Assembly: GCA_037447605.1 (NCBI GenBank) | Contig: CM074820.1 | Location: forward strand, 930,001 to 994,000 | Origin: Zygnema circumcarinatum SAG 698-1b | Lineage: Eukaryota; Plantae; Zygnematophyceae | Direction: 5' to 3' | Length of the DNA: 64,000 nucleotides | In this document: positions 36,837 to 47,886 of the stretch, one piece after another | How positions within the stretch are numbered: the stretch's first letter is position 1 | Layout of the letters: each line of letters opens with the position of its first letter | Notes under the pieces: generated by a model | Databases searched by the model: none | Told to the model about the DNA's origin: nothing | Seen by the model: the letters and a program-made list of their open reading frames with translations, nothing else | Made by a program: the position numbers and the translations under genes

Positions 36837-37414
36837 GGGGGTGTCAGACTTAAAAAATTCTCGTAATACTAAAAATTCGATATTCGTAACATTTCGAGTC
36901 AACGTTAGTAAAACTAAAATTCTCGAGCGTAGTTTTTCGCACTCGCGGCGCGGTCCTGTTCGCACTCCGCGATCGCCGTCTTCGCACTTCTCCAAACGCC
37001 GTCTTCGCAACTTCGCCCTCGCGCGGGGCCCTCAGACTTAGAAACAGCGCCGGCGCGGCGCGCGGAGACCGCTTGTCGTTGTGTCGTGTTGCGCGTCACG
37101 GCCGGGCGCGGGCGCGGGCGGGAAGCCGGGAAAACAACCATGACGTCACGTTGACGCGATTTTCGCCAGTATTTTCTTCGCACGTCCATTTCGGCGCCTC
37201 TTTTGGGTGCGAACAAAATCGTGCGAAGAAGTGCCCTTTTTCGTAAACCCCACGGGTCAATCTTCGCAACGTTGACCCGTTGACTTAGCACAGTTGACTT
37301 CCGTTCGGTTCGGTTTAGGTTCGGGGGCGCGATGATTTTTAGTACTTAGTAACCTCGATTCTCGTAATACTAAAAACTCGATATTCGTAACATTTTGTTA
37401 AGTCTGACACCCCC
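36837..37414. mobile_element. MITE-2 (578 bp), TA target duplication, TIR related to MITE-1
   Basis: TA|GGGGGTGTCAGACTTAA ... TTAAGTCTGACACCCCC|TA. Confidence 0.85.
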
Positions 37415-37632
37415 TACTGTACGGGATTTGTATGAAAGCCGTCCTTTTGAGAAATCGTTACTGATTTCAAATTAGAACGGGGAAATTTCATAGAACTCAC
37501 GATGGCGAGGCCATCAAATGTACATGGACAAAGGCAAAATGTGGAACCACGAGGGACTGGTCGCAAAGGACCTTAACACAATAAAACGAAGCTAAGAGCG
37601 GAAAACTACGCTTAGGCGCAACAACGCAGCCC

Positions 37633-38995
37633 CTAGAAGCAGCCGCGAAGCTCACCGATGTGAGGCACATCGCGAGGAGGGAGCGGCGGAAGTCCACCGA
37701 CACGGTCGCCAACAACCGCAGCACGCCGAAGAAGCGTAGAAGCGAGGCAGCGCTGAAGGGCCAACGAAAATGCGCTGTCGACAAAAGGTAGCCAGGATCG
37801 ATCGCCGGAGGAGGGCTTGCGGGGCCGTGCATCTCGAAGGAGCGATGGGCGCACTGGCGAAGGAAGGTATCCAAACGGGTGTCGAGGCAACCAAAAATCT
37901 CAATAGCCATAGGAACAAACTGTTGGTGTAACATAGTTAGCATGTTCCACGTTCGTGTTAGCGCTAGAGTTCCTAGGGGCTGGCCTCTATGTCGTTTAGT
38001 AGGAGGGGGCTGTTTGTTTGTCGGTCGGCGTACGACTCAGGCGCGCGGTGCGGCGCAGTGGACAGACAGGACCACAGTGGTACGGCTCCGAAATCAGGAC
38101 CGTACGGACGATAAGGACCGGAGAGGAATGACGGCGCGCGGCGTCGAACGGGCCCGTCCCACGTAGGTTTTCGGGGCTAGGCATTGCGGCTGCGCCTCTG
38201 AGGACGCGACTTCGNNNNNNNNNNGGCCCCGCAAGTGCGGCCGTGACGTGATATTGTCGCGTCACATCCTGTACTATATAGTGTGTAGGATAGAAGGATA
38301 TTGTAACCCTTCTCTTTGGACGGCAAGGCACTGCTGGTGTTGCTGAGTGACTGCCGAGGAGGGAGCTGCTTCCGAACTCTTCATGCGTTGAAGAGGCTGT
38401 TTTGAAGAAGGAGGTAGTGTGGGAAGTAGCAGCCGAGAGTTAGCTTGGTAGAGAAATAGAGGAAGTGGGCAGTCAGGCTTATGGGAGCCTGAGTTGTAAT
38501 CTTCTCTGTTTATATTAAGGAGTTTTAGGGCCTTGAGCTTTCTCCTTACTTTTCTCTCATTCCGCATTTTGTTTTGTTTTGAGGATTTGTTGTTGTATTA
38601 TCTTGGCAAAGAGAGTTGAGAGAAAATGTCTGCGACCACTGAGGATGAGGGAGACAGTTCAGGCGAAAGAAAGAGTGTAGAGGAGTCTGTGAGGAACACC
38701 TCTGCACCAACACAAACTCGTCGGCTGCATCACGGTGAGTATATGCACATTCCTTGCAAAGGGTCGCATCACGAGCAGCCACGCCTTCATGATGTGCTGC
38801 GCGTAACAATAAATCACGACGGGTTGGATCGGCCAACACAATATCCCAAAAAATGCGCCGAGCACCGTCCATAAGAGCCAAATCAGGGCAAACTCCGCGC
38901 TCGCCACGAATTTCAAATTTCATATGTGCAAAATTTGTAAGTCTGTCCTCCCACTCTCCTTTCCTTTTTTCGTGTGATGCCGACAGGGGTATCAC
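37633..38995 (-). mobile_element. CRE-like non-LTR retrotransposon 3' fragment (restriction-like endonuclease domain), split by a solo LTR
   Basis: Removing the solo LTR and one TSD joins CPDLALMDG..WDIVLADP..AA...G.AA.....K...Y..DAADEFV|PMAIEIFG..D..L, followed after a frameshift by LALQRCLAS. This matches the PD..D...K..Y..F.P.A.E.FG...QR RLE pattern. Confidence 0.7.
37921..38712 (+). mobile_element. Copia family G solo LTR with 5-bp TSD CAAAC
   Basis: TGTTGGTG...GCACCAACA, with CAAAC at 37916-37920 and 38713-38717. It contains TATA (about 38276), the hairpin motif (38516-38548) and ATG 38626. Confidence 0.9.
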
Positions 38996-39025
38996 ATGTC
39001 GTGTCGGTCCCGGGGTTGCAAAGGC

Positions 39026-39142
39026 AGTTCATGTCCAACGTCAATGTCCATGTTCAATGTCCATGTTCATGTTCATGTTCAATGTTCATGTTTAGTGTCC
39101 ATGCTCAATGTTCATGTTCATGTTCATGTTCAATGTTCATGT
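39026..39142. repeat. Degenerate (CATGTT)n minisatellite
   Basis: Runs of TGTTCA/TGTCCA/TGTTCAA. Confidence 0.8.
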
Positions 39143-39477
39143 TAATCCCTTTCCAGTCGTAACACAGTTGGTGCCATATCTTGTCTATGTCAACACGATT
39201 CGCAATCCCGTAAACACTGAAATGTTGACTATGAGCGGCAACCATAGAAATGACGACTATGTTGGCTGACGGGATCTGAATGAAACTCACGTCGCTCCTT
39301 TCACTCGGGGGGAGATCGATGGCTGCAAACCTCCCATTCCCTTTTCAACTGAAACATCACCCTCACTTTGTGGGAGGAGATTTGAGCGCAGTCCCATAAA
39401 GTCATGTTAAGTAGTGGCCGCTTCAAGCACGCAGCAGCTCCCTCGTGCTTTCAGCAGATAGTGACGCATTTGTATAC

Positions 39478-42400
39478 TCACACTTGTGAGCTTTCTTCTT
39501 CCTCAATTTGACTCCACAGTGCCTCCACATACTCCGCTGCTGCTTCTTGGGACCCTACCAACAACTCCTCTACTGAATGTCGGGTCACCTCATCATCAGG
39601 TCCACCTTTCAGCCCAGGTATCACTTCATCTTCATCTTCATCTCCGTCCACATCAACGTCTGCTTCAATGTCCTTCAAAAACTTTCTTAGAGCTGCCGCC
39701 GTAGCAGGATAATCATTCGAACCATACCTAGGAGCCGGCGTCTTGAATGGCAACAAAATTCTGTCGATGCCACTTCGCTTTTCTTGCGAGCTCCTTCCCT
39801 TCACTTTCTTCATAGTTTTCATGGGTCTTTCAACTTCCACAACTTGACCCACTTTTTCCACTCCTATGGCGGTTATCTCGTTCACCAGAGTCCCTTCATT
39901 CACTAAGATTCTGCCCGCAGTCTTCCCCTGCTGGTCTACCTTTCGCCTCCTTTTTCTACCACCTCTTTCAGTTCTAGACAGAGCTCCCACTTGCTCGGTT
40001 GAGAACGAAATCTCCCCTTTTAGCTCTACTGTACTCTCGAGTGCTTCCTTCTCATCTCCGATGTCTCTATTCGTTAAATTCCCTTCAAAATCAGCTTCCT
40101 CATTCATCCCTTCAGACATTCTTGAATCCTCCTTTTCTCTTTCAGACCTTCCTTTACCTGAACCCGGCGGTGGCTCTACAAATACAAGACCGAGTTCATA
40201 GTTGTGTATATAGAGGGCGGAACCCACCCCTGTTGTAGCTGAGGAAGGTAACCCTAATGTGTTCTCGATTGTTTTCTTCATTGGTCTTCCCCATGCTGCT
40301 GGACTGAAGTTGTGGGACCCACAATAGACCCACCCAAAAGGTGGGAGACCATTGTGAGCTTGAAATCGTCTCCTACCAACCTGCAACCTTCACCATTACA
40401 CTCCTCAATTACAAGCCTGTCCCCTTAGACCCAAACATCACCTTGCTATTGCTTTGTTGTAATGCCCTGCCTGCGGCTGCCTACAAACAGTTTGTAATGG
40501 GGGGGACCTTCATTCTATCATATGCTTTGTAATGATGCAAACTGCAAATCATTAGTCAAGATGCTTCTAAAATTACAAGTCGACCTTCTCTCTCCCACCT
40601 TGGAATGCATTGGGATGCCCTCGCGTTCAACTGGTTCAGGAATGCAGTCATGGAGCATATTTGCAGGACCAAGTCTCTCCCATATCCTCTGGAGAGGCAC
40701 AACCAAAGATTCAAATACCCAGAGAGATATCAGAGATTGGGATCTGGGAAAGGAGGCAGATTATTCTGCACCAATCAATGTACTTTGGTTGTTTGCAACA
40801 TGTAAGAATACTGAATCTTTGCTTGCCCTCTGCATAGAGCATAGCATAGAGCTTTAGGTATGCGTAAACTGATGTGTGAACTGTCTGAGTTGAAGTTTTG
40901 TACCGGTGCAAAGCAGAGCAGACCCAAGCTACCCAAAGCTGCAGACTTGCAAGCAGTGGCTCTCTTAATGGTTGGGAAAACAATCCCAAGAGATGGGTTC
41001 TTTGCCTCCCGATCGGCTGTCCAGCACTTCCACTGTCATTTGCACAGAGCACAAAAAACAGGAGACATCACAGATCCGGTCTATTTCTCTCACTTCTTGG
41101 TAAAAGGCAGATTTTTCTAAGGAGCAATAGCTCATACAAGCGGCAATCCAAACATGATGTTCTGCCTGCTATCAGGAGTTTGTTGAATAAACAAGTCTTT
41201 ATTTAAGTGAATGAAAATCTACTTACGTCTGTATTCAGGATATGCAAGGATCTACTCCACATAGATCCATTATGGCTACTCAGAAGAATTTGGTTCTTAC
41301 CCAGAAACACAGACTTTAGCCACAACATAGGTATTCTATATTCTATCTGATGATTGATTCGTATAAGACTGACTCTGTGCTGCATTGCTACCACCTTCTT
41401 TTTAGAGTTTTTTTAGTTTTCTTTTTACCTACCTGGGGATCGGACTCCTGCGAGCTATGCACAGCCTTAGGCTTTCGCCCCGCAGCTGCTGAAAATGCTG
41501 CAAGAAATTCAGCATCTACAGATGTCCCTACTGAAGATGAACCTGCATAGAAACTCAGTTTTCATTCGCAGAGTCAAAGACGGCAGAATACTTGCAATGC
41601 CCATCACCATCATCATCATCATCAGTTTGGATTAGTGCGTATGTTCGTTTGGTCCTTCCAAGATTCCTTGTCGGAGCAGAAATTCCAACGTACGCTCAAA
41701 TAACAACCTTAGCAACCAACATTCATGTTCTCCCTGTCTTGAAGCAAGGAGGAGGAAAATTTGAAGCAGAAGCAGAAGTAGACTAGTTGCTAGCCTTACC
41801 AAAGAGAAAGTCTGTTTCCAACGAGTCTGGCCAGTCGTAGCGGGATAGCACCTGCATTTCTTTCTTGTTTTTTAACTTCCAAGTATTTCCAGTAAACCCT
41901 CAGCATCCAATCAAGCTTTCTGATAGCGACTACCATTGCAGAAGCAGCGTTATAACTTCACCCCCTACTACAAGCATATGTTTGGAGGCAAATTCTAATA
42001 TCTGATGAATGGCAAGAACATAATAGCAGGAGAAATGGACCTGCTCTAAGCGCCATAGACCCCTTGGTCGGTGAAGTGCTCTCAGCAGCTCTGTTAAAGC
42101 AGGGCGAAGTTCATCTGCTCGCGAATCATTCATCAAAATTGTTTCGAAGTTTGGGCCCTGCAATAGACTAAATGGCAAACCATAAACGTCTGCATTTGAA
42201 CAGCAGAAGATTGTGACTTCGCGCATGCTCCCAACGTCGACAGAACATTAGAACATTGTGTATGAATGTTTGAGCATAACATCTTGAAACCAGATGTAGG
42301 ACTATGAGGCTACACAATTCTATTTTAAAGCTAAAAATGTGAAATAAGTTGGTAGGTTGCCAACCTGCAATACATAAACGAACAGCTGCAGGAAGTATTG

Positions 42401-45400
42401 TCCCTCTCCACCTGCCGATGCAAGTGCTTTTCTTGGCTCAATGAGACCGATGAAAGTGCAAACTTTAGCATCCCATAAAGGAGCAATCCATTTGACCAAC
42501 CCTCGTGGAAGGAAACCTAGTCGAATTCCCCTATTTTGCGACCCCCCTCCTCCTTTTGACCAAGTAGGAAGTGACTCCTGCAAACTATGAGCACTGTCTG
42601 CTGCATTTTGCTCACTGCTTGCGAACTGGTTTCGAAGGGTCGTATTTTTTTTTATTTTGCTTTCTGCGTCCAGCAATAGCACTTCAAATCTTCGTCGGTC
42701 CTTGGTTCGAAAACGAGTTCATGCATTGCCACAAGATTCTGCAGCTGGATAAGATTCATCTACCACTGGTAATGAATGGTATAAGGCTTGCTTATTATGC
42801 TTCCAACCAATCGAATTAACAATACCTGCCTGCAAAATACATGTAAAGCCTGGATTGAAAAGTAGCTAAGCATAAGCTATCAGCCAGGAAATCGAACCCG
42901 GCAACTTGATGCTAAATGTGACATATTACGTCAAGAGTGATTTGCATTGAAACCCGTTTACACAGTGACTTATTTTCGCATGTTGAAATGTAAAAAACCT
43001 TCGGTCTTCCTTGAATGGCTACAAACTCACTCTTGATGGGAGTTGGAGGGTAGTCTGCACTCTCCGAGCTGCTCACAATCACTCCCACTGCATGCGGATC
43101 TGCTCGGCATCCTTGAACCCTAACAAGATTAGCGATACAAAGACTGCCATCTCCATTCCATTTCCCTCCATCAGAGCTCGTTTTTGAAGGCAAATTAAAG
43201 GCAGCTGCGAGTGCTCGCAGACGAGCACCGGTAGGGTCTGCTTCAGGACGAAAGCGTTGCTGCAGACCTACAACTGCAGATGTAAAGGACCCTAAAACCC
43301 TCTTCCCAACCAAATCCATACACAAAAAGAAGTTCAATGCAAGCTGCAAAAGCGATCAGCTTTTATAGCTTTTTGACTTAAAAGATAAAGTTATCTTTGT
43401 CAGCATTATTCTTTAGCCGGAGACACCTTCACTGAATGAAGTTCTTGCATTGATAACTCTTCAAAGATAGCCAGATTAATATATAGAGATATAATTCATA
43501 GAGTATTGCAGATCCAAAGCCCACAAAATATAGACAGGTTGGAGGCAAAGCTCACCAAATCCTTAACACTCTGTGGAGATGCTTTTGAAGGGGTGGTATT
43601 TTCGCTGCCAGATATCAGTACAGGATTTGATTGCATGCCGACTTTTGGAATACAGTGAGTAGGTAGGAATGGTGGGGAGGGTAACAGCATTCCGGGAACT
43701 GACGAGACTAGCAATGCAGTTGCTTCTTTGAAGTCAAACTTTGCCAATTCAAGGGCAAAAGAGGAATGCTGAGGGGGTGAATCAGCAGTCAATGCAGCCA
43801 CAAACGATGCTAACTCAGCTGCAAATTCGTCTCCCGCATCTATCTCAGTCTTTTGAGACTTTGAAACATTTGAGGCATGTATCCACTCATAGGGTTGCTG
43901 AAGGGGAAATAGGGTGCTAAACCGAGCTGTTTCCCGTCGAGGAAAATCTTGCCACCAAACTGTATTCGTTACATGGAGCCACTGTTTAATCCCCCGACAA
44001 GAAAATAAGACAGTAAGCATGATAAGGGTTCTCTTCTTGGCATTAGGAATGGTGCCAAACTATTTTCTTCGGGTTGATAAACGCAGATAGGGAATTAGAA
44101 AAAGGAAATTTGGGAGAAAAGGGAGGAAGAGAGAATGGGCTCTGAACGTTTCTCTCCTTCGGGAAGAGAGCACAACCAATAGAAGATACATTGATTTCGC
44201 AAGACTGTGAAATGAGGTCAGTTTTACTTCCTAGAACACAACCTTGGCCAGATTTTTTCAGACGAAGCCATCTAGTAATAAAGGATGGTCAATAATTGTA
44301 CCTGGCGAGCAGTTAAATTGGCAGAGGAGATCACCACTCGCAAAGAATTGCTCCTAAATAGCAAAAAAAATTTAGGGTGGTGGCAGCCCATTCCGGGGTT
44401 GTCCTTCTTTTTTCCCCACCGTGACGAATCAGGAAATGGTGGATACCTGCACTGGGCCATAGCAGCCCTCCCTCAGTTTTGTTTCTCAGGATGTCATCAA
44501 TGCATAGGATATGTAAATTGACAATCATAGCCAGCAGTTGCAATTCTGATGCAAAAGTGTTAATGCCCAAAAGGTTAATCTACGGTGCAGATATTAGGCA
44601 GCAAAAGCAGAGCAGGCGAGCTTTGGCCAAGGCATAGCTGTAAAAAAATATTCAGGCAGCGCTAAGTCCTAAAGAAGTAATTCCAATCCTCCTCTATCCT
44701 CTAGTACTAATTCTAAACTACAGCTTCTGGCCTGCCCTTCATGAAAAAGTTCGTTTAACTTTCACTTTCGGTAGGACAGAAAGCAACTTTTCAACTATCA
44801 AAGCCACTTTTGATGAGAGGCAAGCAAGTATATTTTCTGAGTTACAACATAAATTAAATCTGTGCCCGCAGAGAGTAAACATCACCATCAAGCATCGAAC
44901 AAACCTCAGCTTGCTCTTCAGCGTGAGATAGACGAGATTATGAACTAGACACAAGGTTGTACCCATTCAAAGCACATATGACTCGTGACAAAGTTAAATA
45001 ATTTACAGCATTTTCACATGCGGCCATGTGTCGGGATAGGGTATCGCCATGCGAGCTGCTTCCTCAGAATTCCATGAGTGCTCACTATGATGGGTCGCTA
45101 TTGTGATAGGTAGGGTCCTTGAAACTTGTGAATATTCAAGAAACCTAAACAGGGGCAGCCAAAGGCTGGAGGTTATTGCAGATCAATAGAACGGTCCACA
45201 GAAGAGAAACACGGAAAAGGAGCTCAATAACGTTTTGTTCTATGCAGGGCAAACAATCTTGCCTTAAAGGACAGGATATACAGATCTAACTGGATTCATT
45301 GATGCTTTCTAGACTTAGCTTTGTTGACTATAATATAATCACATTGCTTAGAACTGTCTATTCCCTATAAGAAGTTCGTTAAGCTGGTGGATGTGCCAAA

Positions 45401-47232
45401 GCATGAGAGTTTCGTTCTCTCTGCCAATAGGGAACATGGCAGTTACAATGCTTCCATGCCTGCAAAGCAGAACTAAGGAAAAAAGAAGCATACCACTTGA
45501 GATCAAGAGTAAATGTTGCAGCAAAAATAAACTGTAAGTCATCCAATGGCGCCAACAGCTCTGCCAAAGTGACTCCATTAGCCCACCCTCTTCCAGGCCC
45601 CTCTCTGAACCCCTTCAGAACTTCCAGACGATTCAAGCAAAACCCTCGTTTTTGGGGTCCCTTGGCGCACAGTTGGGAAAAGTCACCTGCTTGTTGATGC
45701 ACCTCCGTAGGAATTTGGTTCTCATCATTGATTTTAGAGATACCTACAGGGATTGCAGGGTGATACTTACTCTCAGTTTCATTTGCTAAAACGCCATCGT
45801 CCAATGACGATAAAGTGGCAGCTCGCGCATTAATTCGTTGTTGATCGATGATGCTTGAAGGTTGGCAGTCTTCGGATGGGAGCTTTTGAAGAAGATCAAA
45901 CGACAGCTGTTGAGTCGCAGTCAAAGAAAGCACTTGTGTAGCCTCTACGTCAGAGCTATCTCTTTCTGCAACTTCAGCGTCAGTCTTGCGATTCTCTATG
46001 GGTCCAACTATACCAGTGCATAACCCTATGGAATTTGGCTCTGCTTGAGCTATGTCTTCATCTTGTCGCGTTTTAAATATGCTTGCATTAGTATTGCCCA
46101 TCAGCGAGCGTTCTGAGGCAGCGTTCTGGATATGTTCCCAGCTATCGCTTTTGCCCACGTCCTCCAATTTCGCCTGTCTGACTTTTCCTACATTTTCTGC
46201 GACCGCCTGCAAAGAACTCAGCGCAGCTTCACTCTCTCTTTGCTCCGACAGTTGGTTTTGTGCTTTCTGTTCTTTCGAGTTTCTCTCATTTTCCGGTTCT
46301 TCACTGCTGAATCCCATAATGTCAACATCACCTGCATGGCCCGAATTGTGTTCCAAGAAACATATTTGCTCTTGAATGCATTTTCCCACAAGACGCAAGC
46401 TTGCAAATTCAGAATGATGATGGTGTTCCTTTTCAAAAATAGTCCCCGGTTCCGATGTTTTGGTCAGAAATCCAAAGAACCCTTCCCCTTCTCCTTTCCC
46501 TTCACCTCCCGTTCGTCCTTCACAAACGTTTTCTCTTGCACTGACACCCTCTTGATCTCTTGCATTTCCATCCTTCGGAGTGGACTGAACTGGACTGGAG
46601 GTTTTCAACTTTGTGGAACCCTCCTGGTCTGCAACATTGCTTGGCCTAAATTCTTCTCCGTGGTTCGTGTTTGATAAAATATCACAGTTAGGAGCCGATA
46701 AATGATGCAATTCAGAAATAATTTGAACTCTGAAACCGATGGGTGATCCGAATGCAGCATCCGTAGGCAGGCCATCATGAGTAGGAGACACGAATGAAAC
46801 CTCAACACCGTTGTTTAGAACGGCTGAGCCTCCTGCAGGAAGCCTCACTCCCTGAATGTAGACACCGTTCCTTGATGCAGCAGACTCTCTTCTACTTTTA
46901 CGATCCATAGATGTTGTTGCTGTTTCTGAGGCTGCAATTCCATCCGTCAGAATCACTTCGCCAGTGGACGAAGAGACAGAGAGCTGGCAGTGGCTCCTGC
47001 TGACGCGAGAGTCTTGGAAGATTACATCACAAGCAGTTCTGGATCTACCAAACGAAAGCGTCGTCCCTATCGCCACGGCAACAGAGCTGCATTCTTTAAA
47101 ATTTGGACTGCAAAACATCGGCGCAGAGAGAGGGTAGATAATGGCAGCAGGGTTCCTAGCAAAATGACCTCCATGAACTTGCTCCGGTGAAAAATCAGGT
47201 CCCAGGACTTGCCTGCCAGCTGTACTTTCCAT
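39478..47232 (-). CDS. TDP1: Tyrosyl-DNA phosphodiesterase 1, beta type (FHA + HIRAN + TDP1 catalytic domains), multi-exon
   Basis: FHA: FGRS..CDVIFQDSRVSRSHC..SRNGVY. First HKN-type site: GCHHPKFFLLFRSNSLRVVISSANL. HIRAN-like: ADPHAVGV, LGFLPRGLVKWIAPLWD. C-terminal: GWVYCGSHNFSPAAWG, NYELG. Confidence 0.9.
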
Positions 47233-47886
47233 ATGAATTCTGACTCTTTCTTGCTAGTTAGCCGCATTCCTGGAGTGCAATCTAAGAATTTTCACACATA
47301 ACTGACATAATACACTCGACAATAGAACAGACACATCAATAACAACTGGCATGACATCCTTCATCCTTTCTCTTCTGTCATTCCCTTTTAATAAGGCCGC
47401 TAATCAGTAAGCCTGTGAAGACCAGCGCTCCGCATTAGCATGCCTGCATGACAGCGAGCCCCTCCCTCCCCTAACGAAAGCCTGTGGCTTCCCCTCCCCT
47501 CCACTCCCCTCCTCTCTCCTCACCCACCCTCCCNNNNNNNNNNCCCCTCCTCCCTCCCCCTCCCTCCCCTCCTCCGCTTCTCCAGGAAGCAGGAAGTCTG
47601 GACGAGCCTCCTCCCAGGAAGAAAGGGCGGGCGGTCTCCCTTTTTGAATCCTCCACATTTATCGTATCGACTAGTATTCGTATAGAACCAACATCGCTGA
47701 CGATATATTGCGATACTTCTGTGGCCGGCGACCCCTCGCCAGTTGACAACTAGCTGTGGCCTTGAGCCAAAATTCCTGACACGTGTTTTTCTATTATTGG
47801 GCCACGTTTCATTATATTACACGTGTCAAATACTTATTGGATAACGCTTGACCACGTGGAGCGGTTAACATTTTTCCCTTTGATGG

